The notes beneath the pieces are model-generated. The model searched no databases, was not told the origin of the DNA, and saw only the letters and a list, made by a program, of their open reading frames with translations. 64,000 nt of DNA from Corallochytrium limacisporum Hawaii. Its lineage: Eukaryota > Protista > Pluriformea. Where the stretch lies: assembly GCA_002811645.1 (NCBI GenBank), contig PDIP01000094.1:20596-84595 (forward strand), written 5' to 3'. Below, in pieces: positions 35,897 to 45,458 of the stretch. How positions within the stretch are numbered: position 1 is the stretch's first letter; each line of letters begins with the position of its first letter. The position numbers and the translations under genes are program-made.

Positions 35897-38800
35897 ATGT
35901 CTTTCAGCGGCTTTGGGGCGGGCTCTAATGCAGGAAAGGCACCAACACGAGGTGGCTTTTCGGGAGGTCGCGGAGGCGGTCGTGGAGGGGGCAATCAACC
36001 TTCATTTGGAAGTCAGAGTGGCGGCTTCGGTGGCAGTGCCGGCCCAAGCTTTGGATCTGGGTTTCCATCAAGTGGTGGTGGTGTTGGCGGTGGTCGTGGT
36101 CGTGGATCAGGATCAAGAGGCCGTGGTCGCGGCCGTGGTGGTGGCCAACAGCAGCGGCAACCGCAACAACAACAACAGGGAGGCTTTGGCTTTGGTGCCG
36201 GGTCCGGGTCCGGCTTTCCTCCTGCAAAACAGCAGCAGCCCACATTCGGATCCCAAGCACAACCCTCCTTCGGTGGAACTGCTGGGCCCTCGTTTGGCAG
36301 TGGTTTCCCTAGCGGCAATACGGGAAGAGGAGGTAGTAATAGAGGTGGAAGCAATAGAGGTGGATCGAGAGGACGGGGGACCCGGGGTGGTCGAGGTGGT
36401 GGTTCACAACCTGCCTTTGGTGGAAGTTCAGCATTTCCGTCCAACAATGCACCCAATTTTGGCGCTGGAATGCAAAAACCCGCACCATTTGGGGGGACCA
36501 CTCCGGCAGCAACACCGTTTGGAGGATCAGGACTACAGCAAGGATCACAACCAAATTTCGGCTCCTTCGGAGCGGGCAGCCAACCTAGGCAACAACAACA
36601 GCAGCAGCCAACAAAGGCCAAACGGACTCGCACTCCACGTCAAGCACATGCGCAACAATCTCAGGCCGCTGGATTTGGCGGATTTGGCCAAGCATCGAAA
36701 CCGCAACAGCCAAAGCCACAACAGTCCACTGCCTTTTCGGGCTTCGGAGCCGGTGCACAGCCAATGACCGCCCAAGGCGGTGGCATATTTGGTGCACAGT
36801 CAGGTACCCAGCAGACCATGCAGGGCCAGCAGCAGATGCAACAGAAGAAGAAAGGCAAAAAGGAGAAGGCCGAAAGAAAGCCAAAGAAAGACAGGAAGAA
36901 GAGGACCCGCATCACGCCTGTGAAGGATGCAGAGATGGGTGAAGCTGACACTGGTGATGACGAGGAACCGGAAGAAGGAGAGGAAGAAGAAGAGGATGAG
37001 GCCACTGCAGGCGGTGGTGGATCCCTCGCTGCCCGTCTGGGGGGACGGGTGACGGCACAAGCCGAAGATGAGGAGGATCATGAAGAGGAAACTGACGAAG
37101 AGGACGAAGAAGAGGAAGACGATGAAGGCGCTGAAGACGATGCAGCTCCATCCGGGGGATCGTCGTTGTTTAGTCGGCTCGGAGCAAGAGAAACTGAAGC
37201 GGCTACGGAAAAGAAAATCGCCAGTAAGACTTTGCGTGTCGGAGCCAAGGAATTTGTGCCCTCAACCAAGGCGAAGAAGGCTGCTCCTGCGGCTCCTTCA
37301 ACAGTTGGTCTCAAGTCCACGTACAAGGCAGGGCTCTTGAAAGAAGTACCGGCACTCCGCACTGAACCACAGTTGTCAATTGAAGCCGAATATCTTACCG
37401 AAGATAAAGCGGAGGCTCGATTCAAGGTTCTCGATGAAATGGATAGCGTGATTCGGAAACGCAACCCTGATGCCAAGCTCATTGGTACATGTTTGGACAT
37501 GTGCCCAGAAAAGGAGCGAATGAAGCGGCAATGGCAGAGAGACCTTAGTCAATTTGAAATGGTTGAAGGCACTGAACACGCTCATCCCTTTGTGTGCATC
37601 AAGAAATTTTCGCGCAGTGCAGCTGGTCAGGAGACCTCTCTGCCCCATGAGTTGCGTACATTGCCTTCCCTTCGCAACTCAATATCGTACTTGCTTCATT
37701 ACGTCCTACCAAAGATGGTTAATGAGGAGTCTTTAGACGCATATAACTTTTTGACGGATCGCTTCAGGGCCATTCGTCAAGACATTGTGAAACAACGCCT
37801 TGGCGGTGAGGAAGGTGCAGCACTGAGCGCCATTATTGTCCGTTTCCATATCCACGCATTCCACATTTTTGGGGGAAATGCTCATTTTGACGCGAAGGCT
37901 AACAAGGCTCGTTTCACGGACGCGCTTACCGCCGTCGACCAAGCGTGCAAGGATTACCGTGCAAAGACCAACAATTTTCTGCCTGAGGAATCTGAGATGC
38001 GTGGCTATAAGATTCTCATGGGTCTGGACGACCAAAGTGCTTTGCGGGATGTTGCTATTGTGCACCCTACCGTCTTGCATACAGCAGAGGTACAGTTCGC
38101 CATAGCCGCCTACAATGCCTTCTTGGACAACAATTACGTGCGATTCTTCCGCATGGCCCTTCAAGATGCCAACTACCTACAATTCTGTTTGATGCATTCC
38201 CATTTCAATGCCATGCGATTGAAGGCATTGCCAGTGCTCGAAAACGCATACTTCAAGCTTCAGTTGGACTCGAAGGCCCTTGAAAGAGACTTAGGCCTTC
38301 CCGGAGACACAGACAAGGTGCAAATTTGGTTGCAATCGATCGGCATGAGCGGTGCTTACGATGAAAAGGGATTCACTGTTACGTGCACAGGTCATACAAT
38401 CGACCCGGAGCTCCACCTGCCCCGCTTTCCTTTGTACGAGAGGGTGCCGTCTACTCTCGCTGAGCTTCTCTACGGCCAAGGCACACTTGTTCCTGATTGG
38501 GTTCCGGTAGCGTTCTCTTGGTTTTCGAGTGTAAGCACGCCAGCCACAACTGAGAATCTGCTGAAACGACCGCGTCCTCTTGTGGGCACCGGCGATCTTG
38601 GTACTACGGGTATTGTGGGTACTGCTGGTCTCGAAATGAGACAGAAGGCTATGAGGGAAGCACAAGAACGCAAGATTCGCGAGACAGAGGAACAGCAGCG
38701 TGCACGCCAACAGGCCTTAGAAGCTCTCATTCCTGAAACCACTGAGAAGTTGGTTGATGAGGTGGCGGACGCAGAGATGCGATCAGTGGCCGCGGATGTA

Positions 38801-41008
38801 CTAGAGGTCATCAAAGAGTTCCCTCGGCAATACGCAGCCTCTATTGTTCACGAAACATTGCATGAACAGATTGTGGATATTGCACAACATTTTATTTCTG
38901 AGGGTCATTCCATCCGCTCTGTAGTGGATAGCGTAGTCGCTGAGGTATTGAAGGCCGAGGTCAACAAGGTCAGTCGAGAAGAGCTGGCGGTTCACAACGC
39001 TGAGTATCATGCCATTTTGGAGTGTTGCGATGACCTCGTGGATGATGTGCTGGATGCCGAGATCGCCAATGTTTGTCAAAAGGAGTTAAGCTGGTGGATG
39101 GCTATCCACTACGGTAGCGAAGATATGGCGGATATGATCATCGAAGAATACCTTCAGGAGACCTTGGCGATGGCAGCAGATCAGGCGGCCTTTAACGAGA
39201 CGCAACTGTTGGGAAGGTCGTTTAAGGACTCTGCCATGCAGTGGCAAGAAGCGTACCCTTCCGACATTCTAGGTCGATTGGCCAGCCGCTTGCCTTACGA
39301 TTCATTTGGTCATGGTTGTTCCCCAGTGGTGCTTGGCTATGTCCCCCAGCCCACTTCTGGATATTCGTACCCCCTGCAGTGCCCAGCTTTTATGTATTTG
39401 ATGACGTATCTGATTCCACCTGTTCTTTTGGCAGATCTGTCCAGTAAAGCTGCGGCCTCCGTGTTGACAGAATCCACGTTTTTGCACGTGCCCATCTCAA
39501 GTCCATGCAAGGCAACACCGGATGAACAAAAAGAAATTCGCTTCCTGTTACAACGGTCAGCGAACTTGAGCGAAGAATTTACTCACTGGGACGTGTCGAA
39601 GAATGGCACGGGGACTGTGTCTGTTAGTGCAAGACCAAAGCATACAATGATCCCTTTGCCTATGATTGTGGATCTTCGCACTGTCGACGAGGTAATTGCT
39701 TACATTCTGAGTCAGGTTGAAGCCATATTTACACCGTGGCAGAACGAACCTGAGACCGAGCGCACACTATTGGTCTATCTCCTTGGCTTTGTGGGTCATG
39801 AGTGCGATGACAGTCGCAATTGTTTCAACTGCGCCGAGCTAGAGGATGCCATTTGCTCAGCAATTGAAGAACAGCATGGTGACAGTGTACTTGTGTACAT
39901 ACACTCCCCGGATGAGGAGGTTAGTACCAATTTCTTCATGCCCATGTCCTGGTTAGATGGCCATAGTGCCGAGCATCGAACCTGTTTGCACACAAAAATG
40001 ATTTCGTACACGAATGCTGTTATTGATGGTCTTGCACGAGATCACCGGGCACGCAAATGGGTCTCGATGGATACTCTTGTGCGATGCTCATATGGCGAGG
40101 TGCTGAATCGCATCCGCCAAATGGGCATTCGCGGTATCCTGATGGAGCAGTCCAATGATACCTGGGAGAATGCAAATGGCCTCCATCATGGGTTAATGCA
40201 CTTCCTCGAGGACGAATTCCGTACTGATCAGGACTACTTCCACCTGTGCATGCCAGATGCTGGACTGTGGTCCGATGGCGGTGCGTCAACGGAGTATGAC
40301 GCTGCCGCCGTCAAGGCGTCTGCCTTGAACTTGATTCAAAATATGCTGCAGGTCCCGATAGCCCGTGATGTGCGCCATGTCGTACATGCTCTTGATTTGC
40401 ACTACCAGTATAGCCTTGAGCAGGCCACATTGTGGAGCTCCTCAAGTGTGTACCACCGGGTCTACTTTGACAGTGTCCTCTTCCTCGAGCACCTGAAGCA
40501 GCGAGAATTGCTTTGGGACAACCTTCAAGCCATGGTACCCCCGGCTGTTCTTCCGATGAAGCGCACTCGTATACAAGATGACTCGGATATACTGGTCAAG
40601 ACTGCACTGAGCCCAATCGCCCAACCGAATTTTGGTGCCTCGCCAGTGAAAATGCGTCGGCCGGATCCCGAGCCATCACCTCCTGTAGTGGATCTGGGCG
40701 GTGATGAGGACGATGTCTTGGTCGTTCTAGACAGTGGCGACGCGCAAGAAGAGCAGGCAGAGCAGGCTGGTACTGCTGAAGAGACTGCTGACAATGATCC
40801 CGAGCTAACGAAACTTCGTGAGGCTCTACAGAAATCACTCCTTCAAGCTAGAGAAGATGGCGCTCAGTTCCGTCGTGATCTCGACGAAGCAGCGATGCCC
40901 GTGCAGAAGTCGGCTGCTGTAACAACCGCTGCATCAGCGGCCAGCAGCAGTCGCGGCGGCGGATTTTTCTCCGATATGATGCGAAAAATTCGCAAAGTCC
41001 TTCACTAG
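35897..41008 (+). CDS. MCM3AP: SAC3/GANP TREX-2 mRNA export scaffold with FG/RGG-rich N-terminus (1703 aa)
   Basis: N-terminal PSFG/PAFG/PNFG repeats. SAC3 domain motifs IGTCLDMCPEKER, IKKFSRSAAGQ, YNFLTDRFRAIRQDI, NNYVRFFR. Helical CID-like region follows. Confidence 0.9.
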   Translation: MSFSGFGAGSNAGKAPTRGGFSGGRGGGRGGGNQPSFGSQSGGFGGSAGPSFGSGFPSSGGGVGGGRGRGSGSRGRGRGRGGGQQQRQPQQQQQGGFGFGAGSGSGFPPAKQQQPTFGSQAQPSFGGTAGPSFGSGFPSGNTGRGGSNRGGSNRGGSRGRGTRGGRGGGSQPAFGGSSAFPSNNAPNFGAGMQKPAPFGGTTPAATPFGGSGLQQGSQPNFGSFGAGSQPRQQQQQQPTKAKRTRTPRQAHAQQSQAAGFGGFGQASKPQQPKPQQSTAFSGFGAGAQPMTAQGGGIFGAQSGTQQTMQGQQQMQQKKKGKKEKAERKPKKDRKKRTRITPVKDAEMGEADTGDDEEPEEGEEEEEDEATAGGGGSLAARLGGRVTAQAEDEEDHEEETDEEDEEEEDDEGAEDDAAPSGGSSLFSRLGARETEAATEKKIASKTLRVGAKEFVPSTKAKKAAPAAPSTVGLKSTYKAGLLKEVPALRTEPQLSIEAEYLTEDKAEARFKVLDEMDSVIRKRNPDAKLIGTCLDMCPEKERMKRQWQRDLSQFEMVEGTEHAHPFVCIKKFSRSAAGQETSLPHELRTLPSLRNSISYLLHYVLPKMVNEESLDAYNFLTDRFRAIRQDIVKQRLGGEEGAALSAIIVRFHIHAFHIFGGNAHFDAKANKARFTDALTAVDQACKDYRAKTNNFLPEESEMRGYKILMGLDDQSALRDVAIVHPTVLHTAEVQFAIAAYNAFLDNNYVRFFRMALQDANYLQFCLMHSHFNAMRLKALPVLENAYFKLQLDSKALERDLGLPGDTDKVQIWLQSIGMSGAYDEKGFTVTCTGHTIDPELHLPRFPLYERVPSTLAELLYGQGTLVPDWVPVAFSWFSSVSTPATTENLLKRPRPLVGTGDLGTTGIVGTAGLEMRQKAMREAQERKIRETEEQQRARQQALEALIPETTEKLVDEVADAEMRSVAADVLEVIKEFPRQYAASIVHETLHEQIVDIAQHFISEGHSIRSVVDSVVAEVLKAEVNKVSREELAVHNAEYHAILECCDDLVDDVLDAEIANVCQKELSWWMAIHYGSEDMADMIIEEYLQETLAMAADQAAFNETQLLGRSFKDSAMQWQEAYPSDILGRLASRLPYDSFGHGCSPVVLGYVPQPTSGYSYPLQCPAFMYLMTYLIPPVLLADLSSKAAASVLTESTFLHVPISSPCKATPDEQKEIRFLLQRSANLSEEFTHWDVSKNGTGTVSVSARPKHTMIPLPMIVDLRTVDEVIAYILSQVEAIFTPWQNEPETERTLLVYLLGFVGHECDDSRNCFNCAELEDAICSAIEEQHGDSVLVYIHSPDEEVSTNFFMPMSWLDGHSAEHRTCLHTKMISYTNAVIDGLARDHRARKWVSMDTLVRCSYGEVLNRIRQMGIRGILMEQSNDTWENANGLHHGLMHFLEDEFRTDQDYFHLCMPDAGLWSDGGASTEYDAAAVKASALNLIQNMLQVPIARDVRHVVHALDLHYQYSLEQATLWSSSSVYHRVYFDSVLFLEHLKQRELLWDNLQAMVPPAVLPMKRTRIQDDSDILVKTALSPIAQPNFGASPVKMRRPDPEPSPPVVDLGGDEDDVLVVLDSGDAQEEQAEQAGTAEETADNDPELTKLREALQKSLLQAREDGAQFRRDLDEAAMPVQKSAAVTTAASAASSSRGGGFFSDMMRKIRKVLH

Positions 41009-41357
41009 GACAAACGTCACAGACTTTAATGTCAATAGATACCAACTTAATTCGAAAGTGAGCAGGGCCCCCGCGCCCTCCCCACCGCTCCGAGGGTGCC
41101 GCTGTGGGAATTAGGCCCCGAACTGTGCCCACACCAGGTGGACGGGGTCCCGAAGATCGCGTGTTTCTTGGGTGGGTACGGGCCCCGTGTTGACAATGTT
41201 TTGTTTTTAGAAATAGGCTTTCAGTGCAGAACGAGCGATTCTTTTCTTAATTCTGGTACTTCTGTGATCGACTTTCAAGAATATTTAGAATGCAATGACA
41301 TTTTCCGCAATAGCACCAAGCTAGGGATTGCACTTTCCTTGCATCCGCGGAAAAACC

Positions 41358-42311
41358 ATGGTTCAGTTCTCGGAATGGGCCGATCAGGTCGGTGTTGCGG
41401 AGGAGATCCGCGAGATCGTGAACGCACTTCTCAAGGCCTCTGACGACATTGCGATCCATTTGCGAGAGAGTCCTGTTCTCCATCATGGGACAGTCAATCT
41501 GAGCGGTGATAACCAACTGAACGTTGATGTAGGGTCCGATAACATTGTTATGGAGGCCTTGGCGAAGTGCCCCGGGGTCACCTGTGCTGCCAGTGAAGAA
41601 ACTCCCGAGGAGAAACAGATTCACGATAGTGGAGAATATAGTGTAAGCTTTGATCCTCTTGATGGATCCAGCTGCATCGGTCCCAACCTTGCTGTGGGCA
41701 GCATTTTTGCCATTTGGAAGGCAAAGCACTTCATGGGCAAAACAGGGCAGGACATCGTAGCTAGTGTGGTAGCTGTGCATGGACCTCGCTGCACTGCAAT
41801 CATTGGCATTAGCAGGGAATACATGAAGAATGTACCGGGCGATTCGTGTGCAAAAGGCCGCGCGATTGAAGTCACTCTGCTGGGACCGGATGACTGGCAG
41901 CTCACTGATGATCGGGTCTGGGTCGATGAGAAGGCCAAGACCTACGCTCCAGGTAATCTGCGAGCCATCACCAGCAATCCCGGCTATAAACGCCTAATTA
42001 ACCATTATATGGACAACGAATTCACACTTCGCTACACGGGGGCCATGGTGCCAGACGTGAACCATATTTTCGTTAAGGGACAAGGGGTCTTCACCACCGC
42101 ACCACAGGCAGGCAAAGCTGTCAAGCTGCGCCTACTCTACGAATGTGCGCCCATTGCGCATGCCATGGAATGTGCCAATGGTAAGGCCACCAACGGACAC
42201 ATTGACATTCTCGACATTGAAGTGAACCATATGGACCAGCGAACCGGAATCTGCTGCGGTAGCAAAGAGGAAGTCGAGCGCTTTATCGAATACAAGTGTG
42301 CCGGTGTCTGA
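41358..42311 (+). CDS. Sedoheptulose-1,7-bisphosphatase-like enzyme (FBPase class I family), no transit peptide
   Basis: GDNQLNVDV, ASEE, FDPLDGSS, APGNLRA, LRYTGAMVPDV, KLRLLYECAP. LRYTGxMVPDV and PGNLRA are SBPase-type rather than cytosolic FBPase (RYxGSMVADV). ATG at 41358. Confidence 0.85.
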   Translation: MVQFSEWADQVGVAEEIREIVNALLKASDDIAIHLRESPVLHHGTVNLSGDNQLNVDVGSDNIVMEALAKCPGVTCAASEETPEEKQIHDSGEYSVSFDPLDGSSCIGPNLAVGSIFAIWKAKHFMGKTGQDIVASVVAVHGPRCTAIIGISREYMKNVPGDSCAKGRAIEVTLLGPDDWQLTDDRVWVDEKAKTYAPGNLRAITSNPGYKRLINHYMDNEFTLRYTGAMVPDVNHIFVKGQGVFTTAPQAGKAVKLRLLYECAPIAHAMECANGKATNGHIDILDIEVNHMDQRTGICCGSKEEVERFIEYKCAGV

Positions 42312-42528
42312 ACTGGTTTCTTATGTTCGTATGTAATCTCACATGACATACACATAGATTCACGATGTTATCATATCCTAGCAGTCGTTGCGTCCAGGCG
42401 CAGTCGTCTGGAGTAAAGCATGTTTCAAGTTCCCGATCCTAATCTATTCGTTCGTGATGGTGTTGGAGTAAGATATACCAAGTAACACATATCAAAGCCT
42501 TGGACAACATGATTGGAACTGGTATCCC

Positions 42529-43200
42529 CTACCCTTGATACCGTTCAAAGTGGCAGAAATCTTGGCTTACAAGCCAGTCGGAACCACCTCTAGGTTGCAA
42601 GTAAAGCCTCAGGGTCGTTATCTCGTCTCCAAGTAGAGTTGTGTCGAGGAATCCTTCGCCAAGGCCAAGCTGCTCTGCTGCATGGTGACAATGCTTCAAA
42701 TACGCGCGACAGGGCAGGAGGTCCTTGCGGTAGATGGGACCGTCATAACCATCAATTTTGTGCTCTGCAAGTTTCGTGTGGTCTCCATCAAGACATTTCT
42801 CTACTAACTCCTCATCGTCTTTCCACGCCAGGCAGCAGAGCCCTTTGACCGGAGTACTCTTATCCGCTTCCAGGGCATCAACGTAATCCAAATTGTACAA
42901 GTGCTCCCTTTCATAGAATGCAGGCAGCTCGTCGTTCGGAATGTCAAAAATGCAAACCGGCATGTCGGGATGTCCATCTTTCTTAACACAACCCATACCA
43001 CAGATTTCTTCTTCGTCGAGCATGGCAATTCCAATTCGCAAAAAGATCATGCCAACTTGGTTAAAAATCCGCACATGACCAGGAACGTAACCAACCCGGA
43101 AATTTGTCAGACTTGGCATGGTCATGCGAGCGGATCGCTCGGACATGAGGGAGCCGAAGCCAATAATTGTTGTTCTTCCTACCTCTGTAAAGCCAGTCAT
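42529..43200 (-). CDS. Gamma-glutamylcyclotransferase (GGCT/AIG2)-fold protein of unknown function
   Basis: N-terminal IIGFGSLMS loop, FYERE motif, C-terminal LLPCRAYLKHC...FLDTTLLGD. Clean 223-aa ORF. Confidence 0.7.
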   Translation of the reverse strand: MTGFTEVGRTTIIGFGSLMSERSARMTMPSLTNFRVGYVPGHVRIFNQVGMIFLRIGIAMLDEEEICGMGCVKKDGHPDMPVCIFDIPNDELPAFYEREHLYNLDYVDALEADKSTPVKGLCCLAWKDDEELVEKCLDGDHTKLAEHKIDGYDGPIYRKDLLPCRAYLKHCHHAAEQLGLGEGFLDTTLLGDEITTLRLYLQPRGGSDWLVSQDFCHFERYQG

Positions 43201-43849
43201 CTAGAACACAGGTTGTAGTGGACTCTTACTTGCAGATGCGGTCATCACTTTGCAAAAGAACAATGCCCGTGTCAGGCGCAACGTATCTCGACTTCTTCTT
43301 TAACTGATGATCCAATTGGTCAACCAAAACATCACATCCACACAAAAAGTCCTCAACAATGTGTAATTTGTGGGTTGTCCACTTCTCAAGTACCTGTATC
43401 TTCCTGTTCCGTCGTTACTTGCTCATATTCATAAGTGCCCTGTTAATTCGAAACGATGTCACAATCATGAGACCGGGCTGGGGGGCGGGCAAAGAAAAGA
43501 AAGCGGGGAGGGGAAATGAAAAATGGACTCCCTTGTCCCATCATTAAAGACTCGGGTTTTTCATACATGCTGTGATTTTCTTATTTATAGTATATGTGAT
43601 ATGATGCGGCTGTGTGTGTGTGTTTGCTTTACCTGTGTCGTTCATGGATGACAATCTGGTTTTCAATGTGTAATGTGGGTGGTTTGGATTGCTGGAAGGA
43701 CCATCTGTAGTCCTGACCTGAGATCCATCCCTTTTTTTCGACCGTGCACAAGAGCAAGTCATGGAGGAACTGAACTAAATTTGAGCGATGGTGGTCCATG
43801 GCATTGCTGCGGCCTTGGCCGTTACGTTCATATGTGGACGATCCAATGC

Positions 43850-44911
43850 TTAGAAGGAGTCGTCCAGGCTGAAGTTGTACTGATCGGCACCGGCAGTAAC
43901 TCCAGCCTTCTGGTACTCACCGACACGCTTCTCGAAGAAGTTTGTCTTACCCTGCAAAGAAATGAGGTCCATGAAGTCGAAGGGGTTCTCGACATTGTAG
44001 ATCTTGGAGCATCCCAGAGCAACCAGCAGGCGGTCGGCGACGAATTCAATGTACTGGCACATCAGCTTGGAGTTCATACCAATCAGGGAGACAGGGAGGG
44101 ACTCACAAACAAATTCGTGCTCAATGGAGACAGCCTCAGTAATGATCTCCAGGACACGATCCTGGGTAGGAGGGTTCTTCAGATGAGAGAACAACAAGCA
44201 ACCAAAGTCACAGTGCAGACCCTCATCACGAGAGATCAGCTCGTTGGAGAAAGTCAGACCTGGCATCAGGCCGCGCTTCTTCATGTAGAAGATGGAAGCG
44301 AAGGAACCGGAGAAGAAAATACCTTCAATTGCAGCATATGCAATAATGCGCTCCCCGAATGTGGCAGTAGGGTTGGTGATCCACTTCAGAGCCCAATTGG
44401 CCTTGCGGGTGACGGACGGGACGGTCTCCATGGCATTGAAGAGGAAGTTCTTCTCCTCAACGTCGCGGACATAGGTGTCAATCAACAGAGAGTACATTTC
44501 GCTATGGATGTTCTCAATGGCAATCTGAAATCCGTAGAAACACCGGGCTTCTGGGATCTGGACTTCCTGGGCGAAGCGCTCGACCAGATTCTCGTTTACA
44601 ATACCGTCAGAGGCAGCGAAGAAGGCAAGGACCATCTTGATGAAGTGGCGCTCATTGTCATTCAGGGACTCCCAGTCCTTCTGGTCCTTGCTCAGATCGA
44701 CTTCCTCGGTGGTCCAGAAAGAGGCCTCGGCCTTCTTGTACATCTGCCAGATCTCGTGGTATTGGATAGGGAAGAGCACGAAGCGGTTGGGATTCTCCCG
44801 CAGCAGGGGCTCGTCCTTCTCTGCGATCTCAGCAGCGGTCATTTTGACCTCGGTGTTGGTGTGTGCGGGGGTGGTGTCAACCTCCATAGTGTTGGGAACG
44901 GCGACAGGCAT
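43850..44911 (-). CDS. RRM2: Ribonucleoside-diphosphate reductase small subunit (R2)
   Basis: [42 protein letters not shown] (radical Tyr), [24 protein letters not shown]. Confidence 0.98.
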   Translation of the reverse strand: MPVAVPNTMEVDTTPAHTNTEVKMTAAEIAEKDEPLLRENPNRFVLFPIQYHEIWQMYKKAEASFWTTEEVDLSKDQKDWESLNDNERHFIKMVLAFFAASDGIVNENLVERFAQEVQIPEARCFYGFQIAIENIHSEMYSLLIDTYVRDVEEKNFLFNAMETVPSVTRKANWALKWITNPTATFGERIIAYAAIEGIFFSGSFASIFYMKKRGLMPGLTFSNELISRDEGLHCDFGCLLFSHLKNPPTQDRVLEIITEAVSIEHEFVCESLPVSLIGMNSKLMCQYIEFVADRLLVALGCSKIYNVENPFDFMDLISLQGKTNFFEKRVGEYQKAGVTAGADQYNFSLDDSF

Positions 44912-45458
44912 ATTTTTTGTTGCTAAAGTTTATGAGGAGTGTGATAACTATCAATTTTGATACGGATCTGTGTTACGACACCTGCAACTCCTGGTCGATT
45001 GCGCCCTTTAATACCTACACCGCGTCTTATGTGGCCTTGCGCCGGGTGCGCATGCCAACCGAAACCACGGTGCTTCTTCCCATACATCCAGTCTGCCTGG
45101 CTTCCAATAACACTGTCGGATTGAGTGCGCGCGCGTAACACTGCTTCGGTCCACCGCAGCTTTGGACCGTGAGGCACCGCAAGCCAAAGGACGGGCGGTG
45201 TTCACTCACGATTTGGTCGCACTCGCGCCAACCCGCCCGCCCCCCATCTGCGGGTGCCTCATTTTCCAGCAGCAACAATTCGTCGAGGGGAGAAAACTTC
45301 GGGCCTTTCACTACGTAACCCCTGCGCAGCGAACTTTTCGCAGACTTTTTTGTTTTCCTCCCCTTGTTTCCTGGAGCCCCTCTCTTTTTGTCCTTTCTCT
45401 TTTTTTTCCCGTCGAGGCATGGTCTCTCTTCCTGTTCCGCTTCTTTGCTAGCATTTGT

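Noticed and set aside
42309-42416. Stop-codon readthrough of the SBPase-like gene to a peroxisomal signal
   Set aside because: The context is TGA-ACT rather than TGA-CTA, and the extension ends SRLE*, not a PTS1.
43673-44926. 417-aa plus-strand ORF antisense to RNR2 (likewise 2965-4257, 4333-4989, 54346-55248, 60517-61410)
   Set aside because: Shadow ORFs produced by codon bias of the real gene on the other strand; no recognisable motifs.
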